Positions 8,603 through 17,986 of a DNA stretch of 64,000 nt are shown piece after piece; the first letter of the stretch is position 1; the number at the start of each line of letters is the position of its first letter. Source of the DNA: a bacterium (GTDB lineage Bacteria > T1Sed10-126). The stretch lies in NCBI GenBank assembly GCA_003554945.1, contig PWHN01000044.1, positions 27,386-91,385 on the forward strand, given 5' to 3'. Below the pieces are notes generated by a model. The model had not been told where the DNA came from. It worked only from the letters and a program-made list of their open reading frames with translations, and did no database searches. A program made the position numbers and the translations under genes.

Positions 8603-9862
8603 TTAACGGCTTAAAAAATCAAGCCAGCGTTGAACTGTTTCGTTGTCCGGCTCCAGTTCCAGTACCGTCTGAAATTCTTCGCGAGCTTCTTCCCATTCAC
8701 CGAGCTGATAATAAATTGCACCAAGATATTGCCGGGCTACCACGTCGGTCGGTTCGACGTCAAGAGCCCGGCGGTAATAAACCGCGGCTCGCGAGTAATT
8801 CTCGCGCCGGTAATGCAGCCCTCCTAAATTTGAGAGCGCAATTAAACTATCTGGTTTGTGCTCCAGCACCTCTTCAAAGATTTCAATTGCTTTCTCAAGG
8901 TTGTTCAATTCAAACTCAGCAGCACCGCGATTTTTAAGCTCGTGCAGGTCTACTTCAGGTTCCCCTACAGGAGCAGGATCGCGCCGAGAAAAGCGGTCGG
9001 CGGGCAACATCTTTTTACGAGTCGGAAGCGGTGGCTCCAGTCCTAATGTGTAGCTAATTCGCAGAGCCAAATCAGGACTGCCCTCTAACAGCCCCACTGC
9101 AATTGAGGGCTGCAGGCGAGAATTTTTATTTAAAGTAAAGGTAGAACCAAAAACCAGCTCAAGATGGTCGTTAAAAGACCCGCTTTCCAGCTCGGCTCCG
9201 GCCTGACGGCCGACAACTTCCAGCGAATAAGCTGAAAAAGATGAATTGGCCCAGCTTAAACCAAGTCCGTAATTAAGATGTCCTTCCCGATCTGCTATTA
9301 CCTCGCCTTCAGCATTCTCATAATCTCCGCCGGCAAATGTATAACCAACTTCCGAGTGAAAGTAACCGTCGCCAACCGCAATAACAAATGGAAAGTTAAC
9401 GCGCAATTGTGGGCGGTCGGCCCCGTCAGGATGAAGAGCCGGGTCACCGGCGAAACGGAGGCGAAAAGAAGTGCCAAAATAACGGTGCCAGCGCATACGT
9501 GCCATTAAATCAATAGTGTCGAAATTCGATTCGTCCGGGTGGGGAGACCCGGAGTTCATAGTATAGCCGGTCCCAATACCAAGTTCAAAATCGTCCAGCA
9601 GCCCGAACCGGTATTCTACTGGGCTCAACCGGTAAGCGTCGTATTCGAGTTCCTCTTCACCAAGGAGATCCGTGCCGAGCTCACGATTAAATTCTAACCC
9701 CGCCCCCACTCTTAACTGATGGCGACTGCGAGGCACAAATTCAAGCGATTCTATCCGGGTCGGCATGCCAGGTGAAGCTGATAGTTCAGCGGCACCAACT
9801 ATGCCCAATAAAGGGATTAAACATATCAGAACCGTCAGTTTAAAAAATTGCTTAATTGACAA
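8603..9862 (-). CDS. Secreted outer-membrane beta-barrel-like protein with C-terminal TPR repeats
   Basis: TTG start after GGAGG; signal peptide; amphipathic beta-strand region; Pro-rich linker; about three TPRs (ALSNLGGLHY, ARQYLGAIYY). Confidence 0.7.
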   Translation of the reverse strand: MSIKQFFKLTVLICLIPLLGIVGAAELSASPGMPTRIESLEFVPRSRHQLRVGAGLEFNRELGTDLLGEEELEYDAYRLSPVEYRFGLLDDFELGIGTGYTMNSGSPHPDESNFDTIDLMARMRWHRYFGTSFRLRFAGDPALHPDGADRPQLRVNFPFVIAVGDGYFHSEVGYTFAGGDYENAEGEVIADREGHLNYGLGLSWANSSFSAYSLEVVGRQAGAELESGSFNDHLELVFGSTFTLNKNSRLQPSIAVGLLEGSPDLALRISYTLGLEPPLPTRKKMLPADRFSRRDPAPVGEPEVDLHELKNRGAAEFELNNLEKAIEIFEEVLEHKPDSLIALSNLGGLHYRRENYSRAAVYYRRALDVEPTDVVARQYLGAIYYQLGEWEEAREEFQTVLELEPDNETVQRWLDFLSR

Positions 9863-9938
9863 TGCTACACCTCCACCGGTAAGGAACTGTCCTCTTTCCC
9901 AGGAAACAAACAGCCCCGCTGTAAAGTTAGTCGGTCTC

Positions 9939-10568
9939 TTATTGTTTTTCGGCGTAGAACGATAAATCCTGAAGGTGCTTTTGTAAATCAGCCGGGGTAT
10001 CCAGATCCGCCAGCACGAGAGGAGAGTCAACTTCTACGTGAAAAATTTTATCCTGATACTTATCGTAGAGGGAGTTAACACCGCTGGTCAGGGGCAGTGC
10101 TTCAACCTCGCTTAAAAACCAGGGGGGATAAAAGGGGGGATGACCGCGCCGGTGATTGTAGGAAGGAATTACAATTTTGTCATCGAGATTCTGGAGCAAA
10201 TTTTTTAATAGACCATCGGATAGCGGAGGCTGGTCAATCGGCCATGTAGAAACCGTTCTGGTAGTGTCAACTTTTTGGAGTGCCAACTTTAGCGAAGAGG
10301 TCTGCCCGCGATCAGGAGCAGGATTTCTAACAAAGTGGAGGTCGGGCGACGGAGAGAGGTCTAACGCCCTGCGAATTCGGCCCTCGTGATAGCCAAATAC
10401 AACTACAACTTTTTGCGCTCCCAGGCGAATGGCCTGGTCCACCTTCAATCTTAAAAGATACTCCCCATGAAACTTGAGTAAAGGCTTGGGCACTCCCATA
10501 CGGGATGAGCGTCCCGCCGCCAGAATCAGACAATTCCAGTCGACTTTCGAAACATCGGGACCGGCCAA
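9939..10568 (-). CDS. MocA/YgfJ-family nucleotidyltransferase (molybdenum cofactor cytidylyltransferase-like)
   Basis: LILAAGRSSRMG-PK, GQTSSL, DQP, GHP, DLDTPAD. Confidence 0.88.
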   Translation of the reverse strand: MAGPDVSKVDWNCLILAAGRSSRMGVPKPLLKFHGEYLLRLKVDQAIRLGAQKVVVVFGYHEGRIRRALDLSPSPDLHFVRNPAPDRGQTSSLKLALQKVDTTRTVSTWPIDQPPLSDGLLKNLLQNLDDKIVIPSYNHRRGHPPFYPPWFLSEVEALPLTSGVNSLYDKYQDKIFHVEVDSPLVLADLDTPADLQKHLQDLSFYAEKQ

Positions 10569-10818
10569 GATTACCTACTCTCCTGACAAGATTTCAAACT
10601 CATTTATCAAAATTAGCTTCTGACCTTTGCAGTAGTTCTGGAACTGCTGATAACGAGTAAGTCAATAAAAAAATATGCACCGATATACACTTGAATTTGT
10701 TTATTGAATCACATAATGAAGATAAAATCAATAACTAAACAAAACAGGCCGAGAGTAACAAATCATTGCGGGCAGCAATCCCGGCAAACAATCGGTCACT
10801 GACAGGAGGCAAATAATA

Positions 10819-11511
10819 ATGGAGTTCATGGCCCTACAAACAGAGGATTTTGATTTTCTCGCTTTTTTATTGCTCATGGGACCGCTTGAAGAGGGATTAG
10901 CTGATGAGCTGAAACAGCGTGTAGATAAGATAGCGGAGGCCAGTCCGGAGAAAAATGCTCTGGCGCTGGACGTTCGTGGTATCAGCGAGGTAACGACAAA
11001 TGCTGTGAAAGAATTCAAGCTAATTCGTGACATAGTAAATGAGAAAGGCTGGGACTTTTATCTCTGCAACATCCCTCGGCTTTTGCAGCCAAAAATATTA
11101 AGAAACGAAAAAAACCGCGATGAATTAAACGTCTTCGCAAGCCGCGAAAATTTATTTTCACACCTGGAAGAGATAGAATCCAGCAAAATAAGCGTGACAC
11201 CGGATCCATTACCGGTAATCGTTCGGACACCTGAAGGTGTAAGACTATTACAGGGGCAGGCTGTCGACCTTTCCGGTGATTACCTATATGTGCAGACAAC
11301 AGACAAAAACGCCCTGGCTTTCAAGATGAAAAGAAAACAGCCGGCTGAAATTTCTTTCGAGACGAACAAATTTCAGATTCCACCCAGAGAGGCTCTCATA
11401 CTGGATTCTAAAACAAAAGAAGAGGGGAAAGGTTTTCTGCTGACAGTTGAACTAACTGAGCTGCTGGAGCAGGATCTTGAACTGCTTAATAATTATTTCA
11501 GTCCTCGCTAA
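10819..11511 (+). CDS. STAS-like domain fused to a degenerate PilZ-like barrel
   Basis: N-terminal LDVRGISEVTT...YLCN pattern (STAS-like); C-terminal GQAVDLS beta-barrel; good RBS. Confidence 0.5.
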   Translation: MEFMALQTEDFDFLAFLLLMGPLEEGLADELKQRVDKIAEASPEKNALALDVRGISEVTTNAVKEFKLIRDIVNEKGWDFYLCNIPRLLQPKILRNEKNRDELNVFASRENLFSHLEEIESSKISVTPDPLPVIVRTPEGVRLLQGQAVDLSGDYLYVQTTDKNALAFKMKRKQPAEISFETNKFQIPPREALILDSKTKEEGKGFLLTVELTELLEQDLELLNNYFSPR

Positions 11512-11512
11512 C

Positions 11513-12670
11513 TCAATCAGATTTTAGAGCCAGACGCCGCGCGCTGCGGATCAGGGCCATCATTACCTGAACTTGTCCTGTCTCCATGCTGTCAAGCTCA
11601 ACCGCCTCGTCCTCATGGTGGCGGTGATGACCGCGAGCCAGCCCAAGAGTGACGGTTGGTATTCCTGCATCAATAAATATACAGCCGTCCGAAGAAGCCG
11701 GGCCCGGCTCTGAGGTAATCCCCAGCTCATCGTGAATCTCCTCCACCTCGTCGACGAGCCAGTGATCCTCGCGCAGGCCGGTCACGGGACGCCTGGTCAC
11801 CTCTTCCACTGAAAGAGTCAAGCGGCCCTGTTTTTGCGTCTGACCAATAACTTCCATGGTTTGGTCATAGAGTTTTTCCATCAAATCGTTGGCATCCGAC
11901 CTTATTTCAAGATCCAGCTCACAACTATAAGGAACCGTATTGAAGGAACTTCCGCCTTCGATTCGACCGGCGTTTATAACACCAAAGTTATCCTGAGCAT
12001 TTGGCTCTTCAACTCGTTGGTAAAGCCTGGTAATTAACTCACTTAAAATTTTGATCGGGTTGGGACCAGTTTCATCGCGCCAGACGTGACCACCTTTACT
12101 GGTTGCTTTAACTCGCAGCCGGATATTTCCCAGCGACCAGTAGTCAATACGTCCCAATCCGTGCCCTTCGAGACAGAGCACGGCCCCCAGTTGATCATCT
12201 AAATTTTCAACAAAATAGCGGCATCCTCGCAGATTTCCCTGTCCCTCCGTCCCGGTAGTTCCGAGGAGGATGAGGTTGCCCGGCTCTTCAGGTGGAAGCA
12301 GTCGAACAATTGAGAGCAGGGTGGCCAGACCAAGGCTGTCGTCACCGACGCTGGGACCGGTAATTACCCGGTCATTCACCTCAACCGTATGATTAACGGA
12401 ACGGTCAAATACCGTGTCCAGGTGAGCGGTCACACAAACCGGAGGCACATCCCTGGTTTTACGGTGAGCAACAACGTTGCCTTCCGGGTCAATGTAGACG
12501 TTATCCACGTAAAGCTCACGAAACCTTGAAGCCAGCACTTCAGCCCGATCACGTTCATCGAAAGTAGGAGCCGGTGTTTGACTTATTTTTACAATATCGG
12601 CAATCAAATTCATGCGGTCGCTGGCGACGTCTTGACGCAGATCAGACAAATTTACTTCTTTAAGTGTCAT
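11513..12670 (-). CDS. M20/M25/M40-family metallohydrolase
   Basis: TAHLDTVF, VGDDSLG, LEG, GGH, dimerisation domain (GGSSFNTVP), SSD, HHEDE. Confidence 0.9.
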   Translation of the reverse strand: MTLKEVNLSDLRQDVASDRMNLIADIVKISQTPAPTFDERDRAEVLASRFRELYVDNVYIDPEGNVVAHRKTRDVPPVCVTAHLDTVFDRSVNHTVEVNDRVITGPSVGDDSLGLATLLSIVRLLPPEEPGNLILLGTTGTEGQGNLRGCRYFVENLDDQLGAVLCLEGHGLGRIDYWSLGNIRLRVKATSKGGHVWRDETGPNPIKILSELITRLYQRVEEPNAQDNFGVINAGRIEGGSSFNTVPYSCELDLEIRSDANDLMEKLYDQTMEVIGQTQKQGRLTLSVEEVTRRPVTGLREDHWLVDEVEEIHDELGITSEPGPASSDGCIFIDAGIPTVTLGLARGHHRHHEDEAVELDSMETGQVQVMMALIRSARRLALKSD

Positions 12671-12719
12671 TCCTAACTGAGCCTCCCTTCAAAATATCGG
12701 AAACCAGCCCGGCAAATTA

Positions 12720-15698
12720 TCAGTATGCCTTCACCTGGTACTGGTTGAAACCAAGCTCTTCCGTCAGTCGCTTGGCAATAAATTTGACGTAATTGTCAAT
12801 ATTCTTGTAATTAACGTATTTAAATGATTTTGCGTCAAATTTGGGGTTAAATTTGGGCTGACAGGACGCGGCGCGCGGGTGACCGCCATCACGGTGCGTC
12901 CCGAGAGCACGGGCAGCATCGTTCAGGTTTAAAATTTCCTCCTGATCCATTACGTTACGCATCAATAGATTGCCCGGTGAAATGGAGTAGAAAAAGTAAT
13001 CCATTGGATACTTACGCCGCAGATGGGCAAGAGCGAGCGGGAAGGAGAGATCAGGCTCGTCCTGCTCACTCCATACGGAGTCGGTAAAGCATATACTGAC
13101 TGTTCCATCGTCACCGGCTAGCTGCATGTTATAAACGTTACGGTCAAGACGTTTCAACACGTCCTCCATGTTTTCTTCTAATTCATCTGGATATTGCTCA
13201 CGCAGCTCAACCAACTCCAGACCGGTAACATCGCAGACAGTTTCAAGAATATAGTAAAGATATTCGGCGAAGTTACGGTCCGAGACGTTATCAAAACGCT
13301 CTTTGGGGAAGGACGGGTTATTCTCCGGCGAGCCCGTCGCAGCAGCTGCGTGCCCACCATCGGCGGGGCTACCAACCTTACTGACCAGATTGCTCAGATC
13401 AATTATGAAACCTTCTTCGTTCACACGACGGGTTGAAAACAGGAAGGAACCGTAGGCATAAAAGTAGTAGTCGATAGAGTAACGCTTGGTCAGATAATTA
13501 AGGGCTGATGCGACGTTAATTGTCGGCTCGCCGAGCTTCTGATTACAGAACGGGGAGAGAGCCGAATAAATATTTACGTCCTGACCGGGTCCGGACGCAT
13601 ATAGTTCCTTATACAGTTGCTCTTTTCCCTTCTCGCCGGCTGTCATGAGCTCCAGCGGATGTAAAAATTTGCGCATCCCCACATGCTCAGCGTAATCACC
13701 GTCCTCAGGCGGCTCAACCAGGTGAATATGAAATAGCGTCTTCTCCACCCGGGGCAATACTTTTTCCAAACCGGCCTCGTATTCAGCAACAACCTCGTCC
13801 CAGCCCTGCCGGGACATGATCTCTTTCATCTCCAACTCATTTTCTACGTTCATAAGCGCCTGAACCATCTCAATTTTATTGTAAGAGGAGCCGATCAGCT
13901 TTGAAATTTCGATAGCCAGCTCAGACTCGCGAATGTGAAGGTCCTGGACGTGAGCTTCCGCTCGTAAACGGCTGAGACCAGAATTGTCGGCGGCCGTTCC
14001 TTCCACGAATTGTTCGTAAATAAGGTCGGCCCCACACTTCTGCTCTTCTATCGGCATCTCCTCGCCCTGGGGCAGGCTGGAGAGAACAATGTCTTCCACA
14101 ATCAGCCCCTCTTCCTTAAGCCCCTGCAGACGTTCAAGGACGGCCGGCTCATAGGGGTGGTGATCGTCAATCCGGATCAAACGAACGTCCTTCTCGGCCA
14201 GATAACGAACATGTTCTTCAATAAGATCGCAATTGATCTCAATCGCCCGCTCCTCCCGCAGGCCCTCACCGGACTCAATTTTTTCCTTATTTGCTGAGGC
14301 ATCAGAAGTTACTTCTCCACTGCTACCTTTTACGTATTCAACCAGTCTAAACTCAGCCGAGTCAGGGGAAGGGTGTTCGTCAAAATAATTCTCACTGAGC
14401 TTCAGATTTTCAGGAAATGTCAGAAAATCAAGGTCGTTGTGGGTTACCGCGATACCAAACTCGTCCGGACTGATCCCATCGTGATTTAGCTTGACCTCAA
14501 CGGTTCCGTCCTCGGCGGTGGGAAGGGCAAGACTATTAAACTCATCGCCTGCCTCTTCCGGACGGGAAAGCGTGACCTCGCCTTCTGTAACGTTAACCAC
14601 CAATTCTATGTCAGAAACCGGGCGGCCAGACGCTGACTCGGAGAGCTGTACAATCAGACGGTCTTCCAGCGGCTGGTGCTGTTCCAACATCCAATCGTAA
14701 GATAGACCCTCCCAGAGTTCGTGCAGAGCTTTCATGTGGGAGTGTATTTTCTTGACGTTAGGATTTTCAGGATTGGCCTGCTGGATTTTATCAACCAGCT
14801 CGTAAAATTCAGATACTGGACCAAGCATAGTAGAGCGCAGAACCTTCAACCAGTCCAGCAGGTCCTGCAGCCCCGCCTCGTCAAGTTCGTCGTTAATGTT
14901 ACGAGTCAAGAGCGCTGTTGATACATAGACGGAAATCCCTTCAACCAGCACTCCCAGAAATTGCTCGTGCCAACCTAAACGTCCTTTGCAGGCAAAGTCA
15001 TACCCGGCAGCGTCGTTTAATAGAAGACGTTCATGAACTTTATCCTGGGGTAGCTCATCGAGCAGGTCACGTTTCATGGTAGAATCCAGAACCTCTTCCA
15101 GTTCTCGAGCCGCCGCCTCAAAATCTTCGCCAAACATTTTTTGACCGAGAAGCTCCATTACCTCTTCCTCGCCGCCGTCACCTACAATCTGCTCGGCGGC
15201 TCCGGCCAGGATACCCGCATAATGAACCGTTGACCAAATTTCAAAAAACTGGCGATCACTATTAATTTTGTCCATCTGTTTGTTCAGGTCGTTAAAAGCC
15301 GCTTTCCAGTGATCGGGAAACACCTCAGAATTTTGATAAAATAATTTCCGTAAATTTTCTTTTTCTTCATATAGCCGGCGGCGGACCTCAGCTTCGTCCT
15401 CACGTTTCATACGTCTTAATTCCAGCCGGGGAGGCAGAGCATCAATCGGAAAGTCAGGCAGATAAACGTCGCAGCCTTCGTGGATGTCGAGGTGTCGGAT
15501 TCCCTCTGAATAATTGACAAAATCAAACTCAAAATCCTCACCATATACCGGTTCTCGTCCCTCTTCTTCCTGAAAGTGGTTCTTAAACCAGGCACCGTAG
15601 AAAGCATTGGAACCGACCGTGTCCAGGTCACCACCCGATTCTTTACCCAGTCCTTCTTTTTCGCCCGCTCCGTGAATCACAAAAATCTTCTTGCGCAT
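12720..15698 (-). CDS. Large DHH-family phosphoesterase-like protein with an internal insertion and two DHHA1-like modules
   Basis: H9...D24-L-D26 (motif I), VYLPD82 (motif II), D512-H-H (motif III), CGADLIY, HVQDLH (motif IV), GGH at residues 781 and 938. Confidence 0.65.
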   Translation of the reverse strand: MRKKIFVIHGAGEKEGLGKESGGDLDTVGSNAFYGAWFKNHFQEEEGREPVYGEDFEFDFVNYSEGIRHLDIHEGCDVYLPDFPIDALPPRLELRRMKREDEAEVRRRLYEEKENLRKLFYQNSEVFPDHWKAAFNDLNKQMDKINSDRQFFEIWSTVHYAGILAGAAEQIVGDGGEEEVMELLGQKMFGEDFEAAARELEEVLDSTMKRDLLDELPQDKVHERLLLNDAAGYDFACKGRLGWHEQFLGVLVEGISVYVSTALLTRNINDELDEAGLQDLLDWLKVLRSTMLGPVSEFYELVDKIQQANPENPNVKKIHSHMKALHELWEGLSYDWMLEQHQPLEDRLIVQLSESASGRPVSDIELVVNVTEGEVTLSRPEEAGDEFNSLALPTAEDGTVEVKLNHDGISPDEFGIAVTHNDLDFLTFPENLKLSENYFDEHPSPDSAEFRLVEYVKGSSGEVTSDASANKEKIESGEGLREERAIEINCDLIEEHVRYLAEKDVRLIRIDDHHPYEPAVLERLQGLKEEGLIVEDIVLSSLPQGEEMPIEEQKCGADLIYEQFVEGTAADNSGLSRLRAEAHVQDLHIRESELAIEISKLIGSSYNKIEMVQALMNVENELEMKEIMSRQGWDEVVAEYEAGLEKVLPRVEKTLFHIHLVEPPEDGDYAEHVGMRKFLHPLELMTAGEKGKEQLYKELYASGPGQDVNIYSALSPFCNQKLGEPTINVASALNYLTKRYSIDYYFYAYGSFLFSTRRVNEEGFIIDLSNLVSKVGSPADGGHAAAATGSPENNPSFPKERFDNVSDRNFAEYLYYILETVCDVTGLELVELREQYPDELEENMEDVLKRLDRNVYNMQLAGDDGTVSICFTDSVWSEQDEPDLSFPLALAHLRRKYPMDYFFYSISPGNLLMRNVMDQEEILNLNDAARALGTHRDGGHPRAASCQPKFNPKFDAKSFKYVNYKNIDNYVKFIAKRLTEELGFNQYQVKAY

Positions 15699-15877
15699 GT
15701 TATCCTCCTATGGAAAGTTATTTTCTCCCTTTTTCTGCATTTATAAAATACCAAAAATTGACGAAAAGAAATAGAGTCTTGTTTTCAATTTTTTTTGCTC
15801 GAGACCAATATTAATTTTTTTGACAGATAGAGGGAGTAAGAACTTCTGCGAAAAGGTTGGCGGAGGAAACATAAATT

Positions 15878-16954
15878 ATGGGTTTAAAAATACAGTTCAC
15901 CGGTTTGCTTGCCAGCCCGACGAGCTGGGCACGGGTGGGCCGGGGTATGTTATCCCGACTGACGGCGGTCGACGGAATTGATCTGAAGATTAAACCGACC
16001 CGGGGAAAGCTGTGGACAAAAGACTTTCCCCTGCCGGCTGAAATTAAGACAGCGATTGGTGAGTGGCGAACACCCGATTTCGAGCTGATGTTTGCCTACC
16101 CACCGCTGCTGAAGAAATATCACGGCAAGAAGACTCGGCTCTGGAATTTTTCTGTTTATGAACCCAGCCGACTTCCCGTTTCCTGGGTAGATCCGCTCAA
16201 CAGAGACTGCGAGCGTGTGTTGGTTCCTTCTCGCCACAACTACAACCTCTATCAAAAAAGTGGCGTCCGGGAAGAACAACTGGAATTAATTCCTTACGGC
16301 TACTCCACCCGGCATTTTCCGGAATCACTTCCCTGGCCGGAAGATGAACAGTTAAATATTTTGACCGTGGCCACTCCACACTACCGCAAGGGCCTGGACG
16401 TTTTGTTGGCCTCCTCTGATCTATTGACAGAAAAACAGCTTCACTGGCAGGTACAGTTGCCTTACGTACCCGCAGAGAAAAAGACTGAATTCTGGGAAGA
16501 CGGGGAGATCAGAAAAAAACTGGAGACGGCCGGTTTTGACGTCCGGGTGGGTAGACTGTCGGATGCCGAAATAACAGAGTTATACAGGAGGACTAACCTG
16601 CTGGTTCAACCGAGTCGCTCGGAAGGCTTCGGCCTGGCAATACTCGAAGGGATGGCGGCCGGGCGACCGGTAGTGACAAGCAACTGGGGCGGACAGCTCG
16701 ACTTCGCCGGCCCGGGAATGATTCGCATCGAGGGCCAACTGCGTCCGGCGCGTGACTGCCAGTATGATGAAAAGCATCCCGCCGCCAAGGTTTTTGAACC
16801 GGACAAAGATGATTTCCGGCATCAGCTTATTCAGCTTCTCGACAGACCCGATGAGCTAAAAGAGCTGGGCCTGCAGGCACGAAAAAGCGTCCGGGACTTC
16901 ACCTGGAAAAACGCCGCAGATAAGCTGGCAAACCTGCTCAAACAATCGTATTGA
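15878..16954 (+). CDS. Glycosyltransferase family 4 (GT-B)
   Basis: RKGLDVLL, PSRSEGFGLAILEGMAAGRPVV, FTW. Confidence 0.92.
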   Translation: MGLKIQFTGLLASPTSWARVGRGMLSRLTAVDGIDLKIKPTRGKLWTKDFPLPAEIKTAIGEWRTPDFELMFAYPPLLKKYHGKKTRLWNFSVYEPSRLPVSWVDPLNRDCERVLVPSRHNYNLYQKSGVREEQLELIPYGYSTRHFPESLPWPEDEQLNILTVATPHYRKGLDVLLASSDLLTEKQLHWQVQLPYVPAEKKTEFWEDGEIRKKLETAGFDVRVGRLSDAEITELYRRTNLLVQPSRSEGFGLAILEGMAAGRPVVTSNWGGQLDFAGPGMIRIEGQLRPARDCQYDEKHPAAKVFEPDKDDFRHQLIQLLDRPDELKELGLQARKSVRDFTWKNAADKLANLLKQSY

Positions 16955-16969
16955 AACTAATCCGCGCTC

Positions 16970-17099
16970 ACATCCCCCCCTTTGTCTTCCCCCCCTCAAG
17001 GGGGGAAAAGGAAAGTGGGGATGGTCTTGAACGATAACCGTTTAAAATTCAAGATGGATTCCGGATCACGCTCCCTTCGGTCGCTTCCCCGGGATGACG
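16970..17099. repeat. Composite REP-like repeat (C/G-rich palindrome plus GTCAT..GGAATCCA palindrome); inverted copy at 59320-59600
   Basis: The reverse complement of 17054-17099 matches 59320-59365 with about 4 mismatches; 16970-17029 matches 59540-59600. Confidence 0.8.
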
Positions 17100-17144
17100 A
17101 TTGGCAGCTCATTTGGAAGTATGCGCTAAGCAATTGCCTTACAA

Positions 17145-17453
17145 CTAAACACTAACTGCTTCGTCAGCGTTAAGTTCAACCGTGTCAAAAGTATAGACTT
17201 TGCGCAGGTCTTTCGTAATTTCCCAGACACAGCTAAGCCCTTCGGGGAACTGCACGACGTCGCCGGCTTCGGCCTCAATACTCTCGTCGTTCGGCAGGTG
17301 AATTATAACCTCGCCTTCGATAATATACCCCGTTTCAGTCGAAGCATACGACCAGTCGAACTTGCTGGCTTCCTTCGACCAGGGCGACCAGGAATCTATT
17401 CCCAGCTCCTCTTTTCGAGCCTCATCAATTTGTTTTTCAACTTTCACTTCCAT
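17145..17453 (-). CDS. Cupin domain protein (DUF861 type)
   Basis: LGIDSWSPW, FDWSY..TETGYIIEG, GDVVQFPEG..CVW...LRKVY. Confidence 0.88.
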   Translation of the reverse strand: MEVKVEKQIDEARKEELGIDSWSPWSKEASKFDWSYASTETGYIIEGEVIIHLPNDESIEAEAGDVVQFPEGLSCVWEITKDLRKVYTFDTVELNADEAVSV

Positions 17454-17473
17454 CACAAACACCTCCTTTTTTT

Positions 17474-17553
17474 GTAACTACTCATCTATCCCCTCTCCTC
17501 TCCCCCATTTGCCTTTCCCCCCTTCAAGGGGGGGAAATAAGGTGAGTAGTTAC
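17474..17553. mobile_element. MITE-like element (GTAACTACTCA terminal inverted repeats), copy 1
   Basis: 11-bp perfect TIR, internal CCCC/GGGG palindrome, flanked by TTTTTTT and TTATTTT. Confidence 0.75.
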
Positions 17554-17797
17554 TTATTTTAATGCTTTTGGCTGATAATTTTATCTTTTTAGAAGAATTT
17601 TCCAAGCTAATTTTTACAGAGGTCAAAACCTTACAGAAGAGTTTCTTGATTTTTCCTTCTCCACCTCCAGTAGATGGGGAAGGCTCCGGCCGGTTCTGTC
17701 CGAGGCTCGTAGACGACCGGGATGAAAATTTTAGCAACAAGTGGTATAATTTTATTTCAAGTAATAAATTGAATCTTTATAAGGTGAGGTGTAAATT

Positions 17798-17971
17798 ATG
17801 GTCAAAGTAGACAAAGAGCTCTGTACGAGCTGTGGTATCTGCGTGGACAGCTGTCCGGTGCAAGCGATAGAGATGGACGGCGACGACCTGGCTGAAATCG
17901 ACCAGGACATCTGCGAGAACCACCAGGTCTGTATTGACGTATGTCCTGTCGACGCTATCGCAGAGGAATAA
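17798..17971 (+). CDS. Small dicluster-type 4Fe-4S ferredoxin (57 aa)
   Basis: Below the ORF-track length cutoff; MVKVDKELCTSCGICVDSCPVQAI...ICENHQVCIDVCPVDAIAEE, with GAGGTG RBS. Confidence 0.93.
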   Translation: MVKVDKELCTSCGICVDSCPVQAIEMDGDDLAEIDQDICENHQVCIDVCPVDAIAEE

Positions 17972-17986
17972 TCGGATTAATTAGAG

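Noticed and set aside
10740-10818. Possible c-di-GMP-I riboswitch (GGCAAAC) before the STAS/PilZ-like gene
   Set aside because: It lacks the GNRA-capped P2 stem and downstream GCAAAG elements.
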